Both the position numbers and the translations under genes were made by a program. The notes under the pieces are model-generated. The model worked only from the letters and a program-made list of their open reading frames with translations, had not been told where the DNA came from and did no database searches. Below are positions 21,102-31,224 of a DNA stretch of 64,000 nucleotides, one piece after another (within the stretch, counting starts at the first letter, position 1; every line of letters begins with the position of its first letter). The stretch comes from an uncultured delta proteobacterium (GTDB taxonomy: Bacteria; Myxococcota; Kuafuiibacteriia; Kuafuiibacteriales; Kuafuiibacteriaceae), in NCBI GenBank assembly GCA_963803435.1, contig CAWDML010000009.1:768001-832000 (forward strand), written 5' to 3'.

Positions 21102-22058
21102 TCACCGGGCGGCGTCGAAGTCGAGCGGGTCGCGGAGGCTCCGTTCACGGCTCTCGGTGCGGAAGGCGGCGGCGATGTCGATGCCGAACAGCACGCCCCC
21201 TCGCCCGAGGTCGATGGAGACGAACAGGGCGGGATCGAGCCCGAAGTGGCCGCGGAGCCCGAGGGTGAGACGGACGGGTGTGTCGAGGTCATGGCCGTGG
21301 AGCGGATCGCCCGCGATCTGGACGGAGCTGCCCACCTCGAGGAACGGCTCGAGGGCGTCGATCGGCCGCACGGCGATCCGTCCCGCCCAGCCCAGGAGCA
21401 TGAGGAAGTCCGCCGCTTCGTCCGCGGTGACCGCCGGCGTCAGGCCGAGCTCGAGCTCGGCGGTGACGATGCTGATGGAGAAGTCTGCGTGGCCGCGGAA
21501 GCCAAATGCGGCGGTGCGCTCGAGGAAGAGCTCCGGGTCGTACGAGCAGATGTCACGGACCAGCGCGATGCGGTCCGCCTCCTCGTCGCGATTCTCGAAG
21601 CCCCGCGCCGTGGGAGCGTACAGGTCGAACGCCCCGCCGACGCCCAGCCGCGGCGCGGCCGGATCGTCCGTCTTCTTTGGATTGAAGAGGATGACCGTGC
21701 CGCCCTCTACGCCGATGTGGATGTTCCCCAGGAAGAGCTGATCGTTGCCGGGTTTCGGCGCGTCCAGCCCGAACGGGAGGCCGAAGCTGATCCCGAGGCC
21801 CTCGATGATCCGTACCACTGCGTTGGCCTCGAACGTGGTGAGGGCGCTGTCGCTGAAGGTCTTGCGATCGTCGGTGAAGGTAAAACGCGTCGTCAGGTGA
21901 AAGCGCGTTCGAGCGGTGGGATCGAGCAGCTCGGTGGAGATGTTGGGCGCGCGCACCCCACGGATTCCGCCCTCCTCGAGCAGGTTGACGTCCTGCGCGA
22001 GGGCAGCAGAGGGGACGCCCAGTAGCCAGCAGAACGACAGCAAGGTGGCTTGCCGCAT
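21102..22058 (-). CDS. Exported probable beta-barrel protein
   Basis: Signal peptide ending ALA-Q, amphipathic beta strands. Confidence 0.55.
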   Translation of the reverse strand: MRQATLLSFCWLLGVPSAALAQDVNLLEEGGIRGVRAPNISTELLDPTARTRFHLTTRFTFTDDRKTFSDSALTTFEANAVVRIIEGLGISFGLPFGLDAPKPGNDQLFLGNIHIGVEGGTVILFNPKKTDDPAAPRLGVGGAFDLYAPTARGFENRDEEADRIALVRDICSYDPELFLERTAAFGFRGHADFSISIVTAELELGLTPAVTADEAADFLMLLGWAGRIAVRPIDALEPFLEVGSSVQIAGDPLHGHDLDTPVRLTLGLRGHFGLDPALFVSIDLGRGGVLFGIDIAAAFRTESRERSLRDPLDFDAAR

Positions 22059-22123
22059 CGCGGCGCAGCATAGCCGCTTCCCCGCCTTGATTCGAGGGCT
22101 GGAACCTGATCTTTTAGCCCGCG

Positions 22124-23437
22124 ATGCGCGCCGTCGATCTGATCCGTAAGAAGCGAGACGGCGGGGAGCTCGGCGCTGCCGAGGTCACCTGGCTGATCGA
22201 ACAATACACGGCGGGGAACGTCGGCGACGATCAGCTGGCCGCGTTCTCGATGGCGGTCTTCTTTCAAGGCATGAGCGCCGGCGAGCTGGCGGCGCTGGTC
22301 GAAGCGATGATGCGCTCGGGCGACGTGATCGATCTGTCGGGCGTGTCGGGCGTGAAGGTCGACAAGCACAGCACCGGCGGCGTGGGTGACAAGATCTCGA
22401 TCTGCCTCGCGCCCCTGGTCGCCGCCTGCGGGGTGCCGGTGCCGATGATCTCGGGCCGCGGCCTCGGGCACACCGGCGGAACGCTCGACAAGCTCTCCGC
22501 GATCCCTGGGTTTTCCGTCGATCTGTCGACCCAAGCCTTCATCGAGCAGGTGCGCTCCATCGGGATCGCGCTGATCGGGCAGACCTCGCGGCTGGTGCCG
22601 GCGGACAAGAAGCTCTACGCGCTGCGAGACGTGACCGCGACCGTCGAGTCGATCCCGCTGATCGCGGCGTCGATCATGTCGAAGAAGCTGGCCGAGGGGA
22701 TCGATGCGCTGGTGCTCGACGTCAAGACGGGATCGGGCGCGTTCATGAAGACGTTCGACGAGGCGAAGACGCTCGCGACCACGATGATCGGGATCGGCGA
22801 GCGCATGGACCGCGAGGTGCGGGCGCTGATCACGGACATGGGCCAGGTGCTGGGGCGTGCGGTCGGCAATGCGAACGAGACCTGGGAGGCGATCGAGGTC
22901 CTCCAGGGGGGAGGGCCACCGGACGTGGTGGAGCTGACGATCGAGCTGGGCGCCGAGATGCTGGTGCTCGGAGGCGAGGCGCGCGCGCCCGAGGAGGGCC
23001 GCAACAAGATCAGGAAGGCGATCACGGACGGCAGCGGCCTCGAGAAGCTGGCGCGCTGCGTGGAGGCGCAGGGCGGCGATCCCGCCGGGATCGGGGGGCG
23101 CGATCGAATGCCGGTGGCGAAGCACGAGACCGAGGTCGGCGCGGTGCGCGGGGGTGTGGTCTCGGCGTTCGACACGGAGGCGATCGGACGCGCGGCAATG
23201 ATCCTGGGTGCGGGACGGGCGACCTCGACCGATGTCGTCGATCTCTCGGTGGGGTTCGACATGATGGTTCGTCGCGGCGATCGGATCGATGCGGGCCAGC
23301 CGATCGCGCGGGTGCAATACAACGACGCGGAGCGGTTGGCGGCAGCGGCGCCGGTGCTGCAGGCCGCGCTGGTCACGAACGAACAAGCGCCGGCCGAGAT
23401 GCCGCTGGTCCGTGCGCGATTGGGAGGTGATCGGTGA
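22124..23437 (+). CDS. pdp: Thymidine/pyrimidine-nucleoside phosphorylase
   Basis: IRKKRDG, VDKHSTGGVGDK, SGRGLGHTGGTLDKL, SIMSKK, DVKTGSGAFMK. Confidence 0.95.
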   Translation: MRAVDLIRKKRDGGELGAAEVTWLIEQYTAGNVGDDQLAAFSMAVFFQGMSAGELAALVEAMMRSGDVIDLSGVSGVKVDKHSTGGVGDKISICLAPLVAACGVPVPMISGRGLGHTGGTLDKLSAIPGFSVDLSTQAFIEQVRSIGIALIGQTSRLVPADKKLYALRDVTATVESIPLIAASIMSKKLAEGIDALVLDVKTGSGAFMKTFDEAKTLATTMIGIGERMDREVRALITDMGQVLGRAVGNANETWEAIEVLQGGGPPDVVELTIELGAEMLVLGGEARAPEEGRNKIRKAITDGSGLEKLARCVEAQGGDPAGIGGRDRMPVAKHETEVGAVRGGVVSAFDTEAIGRAAMILGAGRATSTDVVDLSVGFDMMVRRGDRIDAGQPIARVQYNDAERLAAAAPVLQAALVTNEQAPAEMPLVRARLGGDR

Positions 23438-24264
23438 GCAGCGTCGATCAATCGGTGGCGATCCAGCGCGCGGTCGACTTCGTGAAGAGCGCAGCGCCGG
23501 ATTTTCTACCCCAGGCCGGGCTGGTGCTTGGCTCCGGGCTGGGGGCGGTCGTCGATGCGATGCAGGTGGTGAAGCGCTTCCGCTACGAGGACGTCCCCAG
23601 CTTCCCCCGCTCCACCGTCGAGGGCCACGAGGGCGAGCTGGTGCTCGGCACGCTCGACGGCACGCCGGTGGCTTGCATGCGGGGCCGGGTGCATCTGTAC
23701 GAGGGGTACGCGCCGCGCGAGGTGGTGTTCCCGACGCGCGTGCTGGTCCGTCTCGGCGCCTCCAGCTTGATCGTCACGAACGCAGCCGGCGGCATCAACC
23801 CCGACTGGAACGAGCGCGAGCTCATGCTGATCACCGATCACCTGAACCTCACCGGGACCAACCCGCTGCTCGGGCCCAACGACGACGGCCTCGGGCCGCG
23901 CTTCCCGGACATGAGCGACGCCTACGATCCAGAGTATCGCGAGATCGCGGTCGAGGTCGCCGAGTCGCTGGGCATGGAGATCCGCGAGGGCGTGTACGCC
24001 GGGTTGCTCGGCCCCTCGTACGAGACGCCGGCGGAGGTCCGCATGCTGGGGATGCTGGGCGCGGACGCGGTCGGCATGTCGACGGTCCTCGAGGTGGTGG
24101 CGGCGCGGCATATGGGGGCCCGGGTCCTCGGCATCTCTTGCATCTCCAACAAGGCGGCCGGGTTGGCCGATCAGCCGCTCTCTCACGAGGAGGTGAAGGC
24201 GGCCGGAGACGCGATGGCCCACCAGATCACGGCGCTGGTCCGGGCCTTCGTGAAACGGATCTAG
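23434..24264 (+). CDS. punA: Purine nucleoside phosphorylase (trimeric type)
   Basis: LVLGSGLG, GRVHLYEG, TNAAGG, GPSYETPAE, VGMSTV. Confidence 0.95.
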   Translation: MSSVDQSVAIQRAVDFVKSAAPDFLPQAGLVLGSGLGAVVDAMQVVKRFRYEDVPSFPRSTVEGHEGELVLGTLDGTPVACMRGRVHLYEGYAPREVVFPTRVLVRLGASSLIVTNAAGGINPDWNERELMLITDHLNLTGTNPLLGPNDDGLGPRFPDMSDAYDPEYREIAVEVAESLGMEIREGVYAGLLGPSYETPAEVRMLGMLGADAVGMSTVLEVVAARHMGARVLGISCISNKAAGLADQPLSHEEVKAAGDAMAHQITALVRAFVKRI

Positions 24265-24302
24265 ACGGACGGGCGCGACATGTAGGATGGTCCGGCCGCG
24301 TC

Positions 24303-26472
24303 ATGACCCCCCGGCCTTTCCTCTTCGTCCTCCACAATCACCAGCCCGTCGGCAACTTCGAGCACGTCTTCGCGGACGCCTACGAGCGCTGCTATCGGCC
24401 GGTCACGGATCTGATCGAGCGGTTCGAGGCGGTGAAGGTCGGCCTGCACTTCTCGGGTCCGCTGCTCGAGTGGATCAAGCAGCACCGGCCCCCGTACCTC
24501 GAGCGCCTCCGCGCGCTGGTCGAGCGGGGACAGGTCGAGATCCTGGGCGGCGGCTTCTACGAGCCCATCCTCTCGGTGCTCCCCGATCATGACGCGATCG
24601 GTCAGCTCGAGATGATGGCCATGTTCTGCGAGCGGCACTTCGGGACACGGCCGCAGGGCATGTGGCTGGCCGAGCGCGTCTGGGATCCCGATCTGCCGCG
24701 GATCCTCTCGCAGGCCGGCATCCGCTACACGCTCCTCGACGACTCCCACTTCCGCGCCGCTGGCGTGCCGGAGGATCGGATTGCCGGCTATTACGTCACC
24801 GAGAAGGCCGGGCACTCGACGTCCATCTTCCCCATCGACAAGGGGCTCCGCTACCGGATCCCATTCGCCCCTGCGCAAGAGGTCGTCGACTACCTGGCAC
24901 AGCACGACGGCGGCCCGTCCGCGACCTACGGCGATGACGGAGAGAAGTTCGGCCTCTGGCCGGACACGTACGACTGGGTCTTCGAGAAGAAGTGGCTGGA
25001 GACGTTCTTCTCCGGAATCGCCGAGGCGCAGGCGCAGGGGAGGGTGCGGACGGTGCTCCCCTCCAAGTACCTCGACGAGGCCCCGCCGATGGGACGGGTC
25101 TATCTGCCGAACGCCTCCTACGAGGAGATGATGGAGTGGGCGCTGCCGGTCGAGGGCATGAACAAGCTCCACGACCTCCGGGAGCAACTGAAGCAGCGCG
25201 GTGAGTACGAGATTCTACGGCCCGTTCGTGCGCGGCGCCATGTGGCAGAGCTTCCTCGCCAAGTACCCGGAGGCGAACCAGATCCACAAGAAGATGCTGT
25301 ACGTGTCGTCGCGGCTCCAGACTGCGATGGACGAGGCGATCAAGAAGGGCGGCGACGACGGCATCCGGGGCGAGGCGGCCAATCTTCTGGGCACCGCGCA
25401 GCGCGAGCTCTATCGAGGGCAGTGCTGCTGCGCCTACTGGCACGGTCTGTTCGGCGGGCTCTATCTCAACTACCTCCGGCACGCGCTCTACGAGTCGCTC
25501 CTCAAGGCGGAGGTGATCCTCGATCGGCTCCAGCAGGGGACGTCCGACTGGGTGGCGTACGAGGAGGAGGACGTCGATCTCGACGGGCGCCAGGAAGTGG
25601 TCCTCTCGAACCGCTCGCTCAACGCGTACGTGGCGCCGCATCGGGGCGCCGCGCTGTTCGAGCTCGACTGGAAGCCGAGTCACTTCAACCTGACCAACGT
25701 CTTGACCCGCTGCGAGGAGGGCTACCATCGCTTCGCCAAGGGCAGCCACGACACGAGCGGCGGCGGTACGCCGAAGACGATCCACGACGGGGTGCGGGTC
25801 AAGGAGACGGGCCTCGAGCGCTACCTGGTCTACGACGACGTCCCGCGCTGGTCCTTGATCGATCGCTTCTTCTCCCCGGACCTCACGCTGGACGGCTTCA
25901 AGAACCGCACGGCGAAGGATCGGGGTGACTTCGCCGCCGGAGACTTCTCGGTGGTGGAGGTCGGTGTCGATGAGCGCGGCAAGACCGGCGCCACGCTGAT
26001 CGTCGAGCGCACCGGACGCGTGGCCGAGCAACCCGTGAGGGTGCGGAAGAGCTATCTGCTCGCCATGGATGGCGGCGATCTGGGCGTGCGGTGGGAGATC
26101 ACGAACCTGGGCGAGTCTCCGCTGTCGGTGGCCTTCGGGAGCGAGCTCAACTTCAGCCTCCTCGCCGGCAATGATCCGTCGCGCTACGTGCGCATCAACG
26201 GCGGCGACACCCAGCACGCGCTGGAGACCGAGGGCGTGACGGAGCGCTTCGAGCGCGCCGAGCTGGTCGACCAGTGGGCCAAGCTCCGCCTCACGCTCGA
26301 GGCGAAGGGTGGGCCCCGAATGCTGCGGCACGCGATCGAGACCGTCTCCCAGTCCGAGAGCGGGCTCGAGCGGACCTACCAGGGGACCTGCTTCTTCCCG
26401 CTGTGGAGCCTCGAGCTTCCGCCGAACCAGACGAAGACGGTGGAGCTCCGGTTGATCGCGGGCGCGCTGTGA
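24303..26472 (+). CDS. GH57 alpha-amylase/4-alpha-glucanotransferase; apparent frameshift at ~25214
   Basis: HNHQPVGN, GGGFYEP, WLAERVW, GDDGEKFG, YWHGLFGG; deleting one T in GATTCT restores EYEIYGPFVRG. Confidence 0.9.
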
Positions 26473-27366
26473 GCGAGGTCCGCCGCGATCCCGTCACCGG
26501 ACGCTGGGTGATCGTCGGCGAGTGGAGCGACGCGCGCCCCGGATCGGTCGATCTGGGAGCGTCGGCGGTGGCGGTGGCGGACGCGCCCGGAGCGGTGCTC
26601 GATCGACGCATTCCGGTGGATCGGGATCGGGGCACCATCTTCGAGCGCATGACGGCGGCCGGCCAGCACGAGGTTGTGCTCGAGCACGCAGAGCCGGGCA
26701 CCTCGATGTCGGAGTATCCGGTCCAGCGGATCGCGGAGATCCTGATCATGTGGCGGGAGCGGATGAGGGCGTTCGCGGACGACAAGCGGTGGCGCCAGCT
26801 GGCGGTGGTGAAGAACCACGGCGCGGCTGCGGGCGCGCGCTACCTGCAGCCGGCCAGCGAGATCTTCGCCTTGCCGTTCGTGCCGCAGACCGTCCGCGAG
26901 AAGATGATGGCGCTCGCCGGCTACCACCGAAAGACCGGGAGCTGCCTCTTGTGTGATTCTGATCCGCGCCGAGCGGGCCGACAAGACCCGGCTGGTCGCC
27001 GAGAGCGTCCGGCACGCGGTGCTCTCACCGTATGCAGCGCGCGCGCCCTTCGAGACGATGGTCCTCCCGAAGGGCCACCACGGCGGGCTCGAGGTGGAGA
27101 GCGACGAGGAGCTGGGCGATCTGGCGGACCTGCTAAGCCGGCTCTTGCGCGCGCTCGAGGAGGTGCTGGAGCGGCCCGCGTATCAGCTGGTGCTCTGGAC
27201 CGCGCCGCTCGACGCGGGGGCCGACCTCGCGCAGTTTCACTGGCACCTCGAGGTGCGGCCGCGGCTCCCCATCGCGGGCGCGCTGGCCGAGCTCCTCGAC
27301 TTCAACCCGGTGCCGCCCGAGCAGGCGGCCCAGGCGCTCCGCGAGGCGCTCGCCCCATCGTCGTGA
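26469..27366 (+). CDS. GalT-like (HIT superfamily) protein with degenerate active site; apparent frameshift at ~26958
   Basis: SEVRRDPVTGRWVI, GQHEVV, KNHGAAAGA, FHWHLEVRPRL, NPVPPE; deleting one T gives LCDLIRAE. Confidence 0.8.
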
Positions 27367-29081
27367 GCGCGGTCGACTGGATCATCCGGAGCTCGCTCTC
27401 GATCGTCCGCCGTCTCTCCGACGACACGCTCCGCGGCGGCGCGCGCGCCGTCTTCTCCCGCTCGTGGCGGTCCTTCGAGCGCGCGATCGATCAGCCGCGC
27501 GAGCTCCAGACCGCGCGGCTGCTCGCCCTCGTCGCCCGCGCCCGCGAGACCGCCTTCGGGCGCGAGCACGGCTTCGCCGACATCCGCTCGCTCGAGGATT
27601 ATCGGGCCCGGGTGCCGATCCGGGGCTACGAGGCGCTCGAGCCCTACCTGATGCGGATGGTGGCGGGCGAGGAGGGGGTCCTGATCCCGGATCGCCCGTA
27701 CTTCTTCGGACGGTCGAGCGGGACGACCGGGACGCCGAAGTACATCCCGGTCACCCCGATGTATGTCGCCGAGTACCGGCGGCCGCGCCGGGTGTGGGCG
27801 CGCCAGGTGATGCAAGCGTTCCCGGGGCTGGTGCGCGGGAAGTTCCTCACGATCCACAGCCCGCGCATCGAGGGGCGCACGCCGGGCGGGGTCGCGTTCG
27901 GATCGGTGACGATCGGCCTTCAAGGCGAGCGGAGGCTGGCCCGGGCGGCGGAGGGCGTGCCCTTCATGGAACCGTCGCCCAAGAGCGTGTTTCTGCTCGA
28001 GGACTTCGACCTCAAGTACTACGTGATGCTTCGACTCGCCGCGCAGGTCGACGTGTCGCTGGCGGCGGCGGTGAATCCGTCGACGCTGGCGCTGTTCGCG
28101 AAGAAGCTCGACGCGATGTCCGAGCGGCTGGTGCGCGATCTGCGGGCGGGCACGCTCTCGGGGATCGAGACGCTGCCCGAGCCGGCGCGGACGGAGGTGT
28201 CGCGGCTGCTTCGGTCGGACGCGCGGGCGGCCGATCGGATCGAGGGCTCGCGGCGCCAGCACGGCCGGGTGGTCGCCACGGATCTGTGGCCGAACATCGC
28301 CGGCCTCCTCTCGTGGAAGGGCGGGAGCGCGCCCTTCTATCTGTCCCAGCTGGAGGCGCTCTATCCCGACAAGAAGGTGATGGATTACGGCTATCTGGCG
28401 ACGGAGGGCGGCTTCTCGATCCCGCTGTCGCCGGAGGGTGCCGCCGGAGTGGTGGCGGTCGGCGGGCACGTGCTGGAGTTCCTCCCGGAGGCCGGCGGCG
28501 AGACCGCGTACCTGGCGGACGAGCTGGAGGTGGGGCGGCGGTATCGCGTGGTGATCACCGGCTGCCACGGGCTGTACCGCTACGACATCAACGACGTGGT
28601 CGAGTGCGTGGGGTACCTGGGGAAGACGGCGGAGATCGTGTTCGTCCACAAGGGTGGCAACATGTTGAGCATCACCGGAGAGAAGGTCGGCGAGCGCCAT
28701 GCGGTCGACGCCGCGCACGCCGCCGAGCGGGAGACCGGGATCCCGATGGCGGGATTCTCGGTCACGGTCGAGCTGGTCAATCCGCCGCGCTATCTCTTCG
28801 GCGTGGAGCCGGCCCGCCCGATCGACGACGCCGAGGCCCGCGGCTTGCTGGCGGCGTTCGAGCGGGGACTGGCATCGGTCAACATGGAGTACGACGCGAA
28901 GCGGAGGTCGATGCGTCTCGGATCGCCGAAGCTGGTGGTGTTCGTGGAGGGGGCCTTCGAGCGGGAGCGGGCGCGGCGGGTCGCGGAGGGGGCGCCCGAC
29001 AGCCACGTGAAGCCGCCGCATCTGGCGCAGGATGCGTCGCTGTTCGAGCGGCTCGGTGTGGCGCGCACGATCGAGGCATGA
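27363..29081 (+). CDS. GH3 family acyl-adenylate-forming (amido synthetase-like) protein
   Basis: SSGTTGTPKYIP, YLATEG, GLYRYDIND, GEKV; GTG start overlaps the upstream stop. Confidence 0.85.
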   Translation: MSAVDWIIRSSLSIVRRLSDDTLRGGARAVFSRSWRSFERAIDQPRELQTARLLALVARARETAFGREHGFADIRSLEDYRARVPIRGYEALEPYLMRMVAGEEGVLIPDRPYFFGRSSGTTGTPKYIPVTPMYVAEYRRPRRVWARQVMQAFPGLVRGKFLTIHSPRIEGRTPGGVAFGSVTIGLQGERRLARAAEGVPFMEPSPKSVFLLEDFDLKYYVMLRLAAQVDVSLAAAVNPSTLALFAKKLDAMSERLVRDLRAGTLSGIETLPEPARTEVSRLLRSDARAADRIEGSRRQHGRVVATDLWPNIAGLLSWKGGSAPFYLSQLEALYPDKKVMDYGYLATEGGFSIPLSPEGAAGVVAVGGHVLEFLPEAGGETAYLADELEVGRRYRVVITGCHGLYRYDINDVVECVGYLGKTAEIVFVHKGGNMLSITGEKVGERHAVDAAHAAERETGIPMAGFSVTVELVNPPRYLFGVEPARPIDDAEARGLLAAFERGLASVNMEYDAKRRSMRLGSPKLVVFVEGAFERERARRVAEGAPDSHVKPPHLAQDASLFERLGVARTIEA

Positions 29082-29740
29082 AGCAGATCAGAGCCATCTC
29101 GTTCGACATGGACGGGACGCTGTATCGGGTCTCGCGCCTGCGCGTCGCGTGGCGGCTGCGCCTCGAGCGCGGGCTCTTGCTGGCGCTGCTGGCGGCGCGG
29201 GAGAAGATCCGCCACGAGCCGCCGTTTCCCGATCGCGCGGCGCTGTATCGACGCGAGGCCGAGCTGGTGGCGCCGTCGTTCCGGCTCACGACGGAGGAGG
29301 TCGTGTCGCGCCTCGACGATCTCCGAGCGGCGATGCCGGGCGCGCTGACGCTGGGCGCACGGCCGTATCCAGGCGTGGTGTCGGCGCTCGAGGCGGCCCA
29401 CGCGCGCGGTCTCCGGATCGCGATCCTGTCCGACTACGATCCGGTCGAGAAGCTCGCGCACCTGGGGCTCGAGCACCTGCCGTGGGCGGCGACGATCGCG
29501 GCCGACGCGCTGGGCGCGCTGAAGCCCCATCCGCGCCCCTTTCTCGAGCTCGCCGGTCAGCTCGGATGCGAACCGGGCGAGGTTGTCCATGTGGGTGATC
29601 GGGAGGACCTCGACGTGGAAGGCGCGCTGGCTTCCGGCATGCGCGCCTGGCGCATCGCATCAAAGCGACGCGTGGCGTCGCGTTCGGAGCGTGTCTTCTC
29701 GAGGTATACCGTCGATCTCTTTGCGCGCCTCGCAGGATGA
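29078..29740 (+). CDS. HAD-superfamily hydrolase
   Basis: FDMDGTL, ILSD, KP, HVGDREDLDV. Confidence 0.88.
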   Translation: MKQIRAISFDMDGTLYRVSRLRVAWRLRLERGLLLALLAAREKIRHEPPFPDRAALYRREAELVAPSFRLTTEEVVSRLDDLRAAMPGALTLGARPYPGVVSALEAAHARGLRIAILSDYDPVEKLAHLGLEHLPWAATIAADALGALKPHPRPFLELAGQLGCEPGEVVHVGDREDLDVEGALASGMRAWRIASKRRVASRSERVFSRYTVDLFARLAG

Positions 29741-29776
29741 TTGCGAACCCAGAGGAAAAGGTATACGGCCAACCCT

Positions 29777-30769
29777 ATGCAGCGTTTCTTCAGCATGATC
29801 ATCATCTTCGGCATCCTGGTGGTCGGCGGTGGGTATCTCTACATGCAGAAGTCCGGCGAGGAGGCCAAGCAGGAGGTGATGGACAAGCGCGCCGAGGCGC
29901 GCCGCACCTTCGCAGACAAGGCCCGCGCCGCCGCGCGAGAGGACGACAACGGAGACTACGTCCGGGCGATCTCCGCCTCCATCAAGTCCTACGACGAAGA
30001 GCTGAAGAAGCGCGTCTACGCGAAGCGTGAGGAGCTCCGCGATCCGGCCGGCTACGAGAAGGAGGTCGACAAGCAGTTCAAGGACGGCGCCATCAAGGAG
30101 GTCCAGCACAAGTCGATGCTGGAGGGCTACAAGATGGTGCGCGAGGCCTACGACACGCTGATGGCCGCGAGCTGGAAGCCGATCCTGAGCGCCAAGGGGG
30201 GCGGTGAGACGCGGCTCGACATCTACGAGATGCACCGCGGCCGCGACGACGAAGGCAACCCGATCCTCGAGGGCAAGTTCTTCTTCTGGGGCATCGAGGA
30301 CACCACTCACATGACCTGGGGCCAGCTCGCGCTGCGCTATTGGGGCAAGAGCACGGAGCAGGTGAAGGAAGGCCGCAAGATGGTCGAGCAGGAGGTCGAG
30401 AAGGTGCTCGGCAAGGCCGAGGGCGACGCGCAGCCGACCGTCTTCATCCAGAACCCGAACAAGTACGTGGCCGACTTCCCGTCCTACGTGGCCATCGGCT
30501 ACATCTGGTTCCCGGTCATGCCGCGCGAGGCCTTCGCGGTCGACATCGAGTACAGCTACACGGCGAAGATCGGCGGCGCGAACGTCGACTCCGATCTCAA
30601 GTGGGAGAAGCTCCCCATCCCCGCCGCCTGGCAGCTGAAGGAAGGCGAGGTCTGGGACGCCGACGTCATCGAGGCGACCGAGGACGAGATCGCCGGCCGC
30701 GACGGGAGCGAGGATCAGCCCGCCGACCCGAAGGACGACAGCAAGGACGACAACAGCAAGGCGAACTAG
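29777..30769 (+). CDS. Membrane-anchored hypothetical protein
   Basis: N-terminal TM, host-like codon usage. Confidence 0.75.
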   Translation: MQRFFSMIIIFGILVVGGGYLYMQKSGEEAKQEVMDKRAEARRTFADKARAAAREDDNGDYVRAISASIKSYDEELKKRVYAKREELRDPAGYEKEVDKQFKDGAIKEVQHKSMLEGYKMVREAYDTLMAASWKPILSAKGGGETRLDIYEMHRGRDDEGNPILEGKFFFWGIEDTTHMTWGQLALRYWGKSTEQVKEGRKMVEQEVEKVLGKAEGDAQPTVFIQNPNKYVADFPSYVAIGYIWFPVMPREAFAVDIEYSYTAKIGGANVDSDLKWEKLPIPAAWQLKEGEVWDADVIEATEDEIAGRDGSEDQPADPKDDSKDDNSKAN

Positions 30770-31105
30770 GAGCGTGTAGCGCGTAGCGCTACCGCGAGCC
30801 ATCTCGACAACGCGCTTGAGCTCCTTCTGCTCGTTGGCGAGTCGGCGCCTCAAGCAGGTGTGGAGTGAGGCGGCGCTTTCGGTGCCAGAGCGAAGTGCCA
30901 TCCGGTAGAAGCGAGCCTTCTCAGGTGGATTGAACTCTCCGGCGCCCTCGGCGGTGTTGTTCACGATGGAATCGGATGCCCGCCGAAGCTGATCGCGGAC
31001 GTGAGCGTGACCGGGTTGCAGTTCTTGTGCGATCTCTTCAGCGATGTCGGCATACTCGACGGCGAGCTGGTAGACCACGAGCTTCTCGTGATCGAAAGTG
31101 ACCAT
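30770..31105 (-). pseudogene. Four-helix-bundle protein (23S rRNA IVP/TIGR02436-like), 3' degraded
   Basis: FDHEKLVVYQLA, DQLRRASDSIVNNTAEG, RFYRMALRSGTE; no in-frame stop before the element end. Confidence 0.75.
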
Positions 31106-31224
31106 GCAAGCTAGCTTGCGGTGGCTCGTCCACTTTGACCAGCAGAAGTTCTTGGAGGTCGTTTCGTCTGGAATCGATCGTTGGGCGGATCGACTTCGAC
31201 GCCTGGACTTGATCCCATGGTTTC

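Noticed and set aside
23289-29081. Apparent giant fusions (879-aa ORF; 935-aa GalT-GH3 ORF)
   Set aside because: Produced by upstream stop-free frames and the GATTCT frameshifts; the separate genes have their own starts and 4-bp overlaps
30770-31105. Avd-like protein as evidence of a diversity-generating retroelement
   Set aside because: No reverse transcriptase or TR/VR repeat pair in the window
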